From Atractiella rhizophila (taxonomy: Eukaryota), in the NCBI GenBank assembly GCA_021432655.1, contig MU271181.1, forward strand, positions 77,189 to 141,188: a DNA stretch of 64,000 nt, read 5' to 3'. Below are positions 60,738 to 64,000 of this stretch, piece by piece. Numbering within the stretch: the stretch's first letter is position 1; the number at the start of each line of letters is the position of its first letter. The position numbers were made by a program, and so were the translations under genes. The notes under the pieces were generated by a model that was not told the origin of the DNA, did no database searches, and was given only the letters and a program-made list of their open reading frames with translations.

Positions 60738-62550
60738 CCTCCAAGTATTCCATCATAAGGTGTTCGACTTCTTCGATCCACTCGTCAGGCCACTTTTGAG
60801 ACTTGAAGTACTGGAGTTTGAAGTTTGAGGCAAGAACTAGACATATTAAATCCGTATCTTGTACATGAAGATAATGAAGAACCTACACATTGCCATATGA
60901 TAAAATGGGGAATCATCAGTAATACTTGTTGAGGATCTTCATTGCCAGCAACCACAGCATGGCGCATGATCTTCAAGATCTTCTCATCCGAACGAATCCT
61001 GTCGAGGTGTGCTTGCAGTTTATCCATGATTGGAATGACAAAGATGTGTAAAAGGAACTCCTTTCTGGGAGATAAAGAGAGTTGCGTCATAGAATGGCTA
61101 TTCATAACCCCACAGCATATTAGATTGTAATCAGACAACTAATGAGGTTACTCACCTTTCTCAACTTCTTCAGATCATCTAAGACCATCCATTCCTCGTC
61201 CATGACGTCCCATTTCATAAGACCATGTTCCTTGTATTTTCGGCCCGTGATCTCGTTGATGGCTTTGCGAAGGTGGATAACGGAGGTAAGACACAGGTGA
61301 TAGGCAGTGGAGCAAGTGGGACATACCTTACAGCTCATACCCGCTCTTTGTATTCAATGTTATTCTCCTTTGCTAGAGTCTTGAGCAGCTCAGCCTTCGG
61401 TGTGGAGAAGTGGATCACTTTTGCCATTTGCACAATCTATAGCGGACATCATTCAGCATCAGTATGAGGAAATGAATTAGAGAGGACAAACATACCTTAG
61501 TCAAAAGAAACTTAGGCACTTTTCTTTCCTCCTCCATCAACTTAGCCAAAACCTCGAAGGTATCGCTGATGCTATCCATACCCTCTTCACTATCCTCCAT
61601 CCCATGCAACACGTCGTCCATCTGATTGAGCAGAGCTTCAGTATCAGCATCATCCTCCCCCTCGTCGACTTCATTTTCAGGAACCGTGCCGAAGAGAGCC
61701 TCTTCATCAACGTCATCTTCGCCCTTGCCACGTGTAGCATGATGACAAATGAACTAAGGGAAATAAATACTTACTCTTTACAATAGTATGCAAGATACAA
61801 CTCTCCTGAGAAGGTATGCCGCTTGTACCCCTTCAAATCCTGCACAATCTCAATGTGAAATTGGGCGTAAAGCTCTCTCGCCTTCTCTGAAACCCAACTG
61901 TGCTTGCGGCGGCCTGTCACATAAATGCACATTAACAAAATGAGATCTTGTCATCAAAAGAGCTTAATGGTTGTACGGAAGTGATTTTCATCGTCAGAAA
62001 GGTCCGAATCAGACTCAAGTGAAGGGTCATAAGCCTTCTTCAACATTTGCCTTTATGGAGTAGGAGCGCAGGCTTTGATTTGATCTGAGGGCCGGGAATA
62101 GCGTGACATGTAAGAGAAGTGGCATCTTCTGAAGATTGAGTGTCAGTTTCTTCAAGAGAAGACATGATAACAACGTAGAAGCACTGATTAAGTTGCAAGT
62201 TAGGCACAGCACGTCGAAGCTTTTGTGCAAGAGACATACCACTACATAATGGAACAGAAGGGCCAGAAATTTCAAGCGAATATGTGTGCTGTCCAACAGC
62301 ATGAACTGCAATGGGACTCGAAAAACTTGCCCAAGTTCGAAAGATGAACCACCCAGGGGCTCGAAAAGCAGCTCGTTGGTGATGAGAGAAAGCGCTGTCA
62401 GTGGGAGAAAACTGGAGGTTGAGTTGCTGTGGCCTAAGTTCTTGGTGACGTGCGTTTGTGAAAATGATGGTGCTTCCATCCTGGCATTGTCGTTTCATGC
62501 ACGACCGTCGTTCTACAAAGAAGACAGGAGCTCTGCAAAGCTGCAAGAAG
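60738..62550 (-). pseudogene. Older hAT transposase relic (hAT-D), interrupted by hAT-C; probable C-terminal remnant at ~58400-58900
   Basis: KVCPTC (decayed PTRW), WDVMDEEWMVLDDL, VIPIMDKL and DEWIEEV. Confidence 0.6.
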
Positions 62551-62759
62551 GCTGCAAGGCTTGAAAACTAACCTTGACGTGAAGGTACCTTCACAAGTAC
62601 CCAGACAAACGGCGGCCTTGCTTCAGGCAGAGCTTTTGCACGGCACGACAAGTATCCGTCCCGCAAGATAGCCAAAGATTGCTGCTCCATAACTCGTTGT
62701 GTGCGAATACCCGTGGCTCGAGTACCTGCGAATACCGAACTCATCGACAACTCTAGTGT

Positions 62760-63290
62760 CACCGGACATTCGTGTCAAAAGAGCCCTCTTTCCAGTTGTT
62801 GTTCACAGTGTTCCAACCACGTTTAATCCATCCTCTGAAGATCACATTGAACAATTAGCGGCCTTGATGGGGACACTTATCCCATCCTATATACATGACG
62901 GCTCAAACCCAATGGCCTACATCCAAAGAATGTATCCCGAAAACCCACTCTCCCCTAGTCCTCTTCTTCGAAGATGAACGACCAGCCAAGCACTTCCTTA
63001 CCCACCAAGCAAGCCTCAACGTAGCGCTCCTCCAAACCGAAAAATACCGATATCCCACAATTCAGTGCTTCAACTGCCAAGGTCTCAGACATCTCGCATG
63101 TTCCTACAACAAACCAACTCCCACATGTGCTGTTTGTGGGGAAAGCCACCATATCTCTGAGTGTGATCAACATTGCAACCGCCCTCACCATGTCAAGATC
63201 GATCAAAGTGCTCACACATCAACCTAAAGTGTGCACTCTGCTCTGGAGCACACCGTTCAACCAGCAAAAGGTATGCCAAATTTAGAAGAA
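62760..63290 (+). pseudogene. Non-LTR (LINE, Tad/I-like) ORF1 fragment with zinc knuckles
   Basis: VVVHSVP, QCFNCQGLRHLA, CAVCGESHHISEC and KCALCSGAHRSTS. Confidence 0.8.
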
Positions 63291-64000
63291 GGAATTAGAA
63301 ACCACAGCAGTGTTGGCCTGAAGGGCAAAGGCCTTAAATTCTTTAAGGGTTAATAAGGTTTAGCTTAAGACCATTGCAAAATCGACAATGTCAAGCCTTC
63401 CTTTAATAAGGCTTAACCAGCTCTATATGTATGTAGAACCTTTCAGGAATTGTTTTCAAGATCATATGTCTGGATTTCTGTCACAGCAAAAGCCTTTGAA
63501 AGCAGTTTTTCTCCCAAAGTTGATCATTAAAGAAATTTAGGCAAACTTTGATCAAAGCTTGCACATTGGATTTCCCAAACTCACTTCTTTCCATGCTGTA
63601 GGGATCAGGTGGAGATTTGGTGGTTTGGCCGATTTTGTGCGACACCACCCTCTCATCAAAGAGCTTTATTTCGTGGGATGCAATTTCTACCGTCCCCGTG
63701 TGGGCACGATTCAGAATAAAGTTGCGACAAATGTACAGCGTTTTGGAAATCAGTTGGAATGCCTTGACCTAAGCGTGACCGCTCCTAGTGTCATTTTGGA
63801 CGGCTTGTTGCCTCACTCTCCGGTTGGTAGTCTCGCAACTCTTAGGCTTACAGATCCCTTTCATAATGCCCGGACTGGAAGCAAGACGATCTTCTTGCTC
63901 TTCAGAACTTCTTTGGTCGACAACGTACCTCGTTGCTCTAGCTCCTCGCATCGCAAACAGGATCTAGCAGTTTCGAAGAAATTGGTTGGTTTTCACATTT

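Overview
Eukaryotic, very probably basidiomycete fungal, DNA, judged from short GT-AG introns, a FunK1 kinase, a Zn2Cys6 factor and WVDD-type YR-retrotransposon reverse transcriptases. The window is a nested transposon cluster. It holds five RepHel-bearing Helitron copies or fragments plus a 282-bp mini-Helitron, five hAT transposase relics and several hAT-type MITEs (some with perfect 8-bp TSDs), one IS630/Tc1-like DDE element, two tyrosine-recombinase (DIRS/Ngaro-like) retroelements and a LINE ORF1 relic. Host-type genes are few: an apparently intact FunK1 kinase, a Zn2Cys6 factor and a partial RRM. The most notable observations are: (1) two hAT families with different TIRs share a long spliced N-terminal extension ahead of the BED finger (VDxxxRNNExxTALSQ ... 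TVxDIGGxxG...LW ... DxDYxP) that I do not recognise; (2) one YR retroelement has a large extra ORF and a structured 115-bp tandem repeat upstream of gag; (3) there is a precise Helitron 3'-to-5' head-to-tail junction; (4) a tRNA-like Pol III cassette lies inside a Helitron 5' region; (5) diverged Helitron families share an almost identical 3' module. All alignments were done by eye and no database searches were run.
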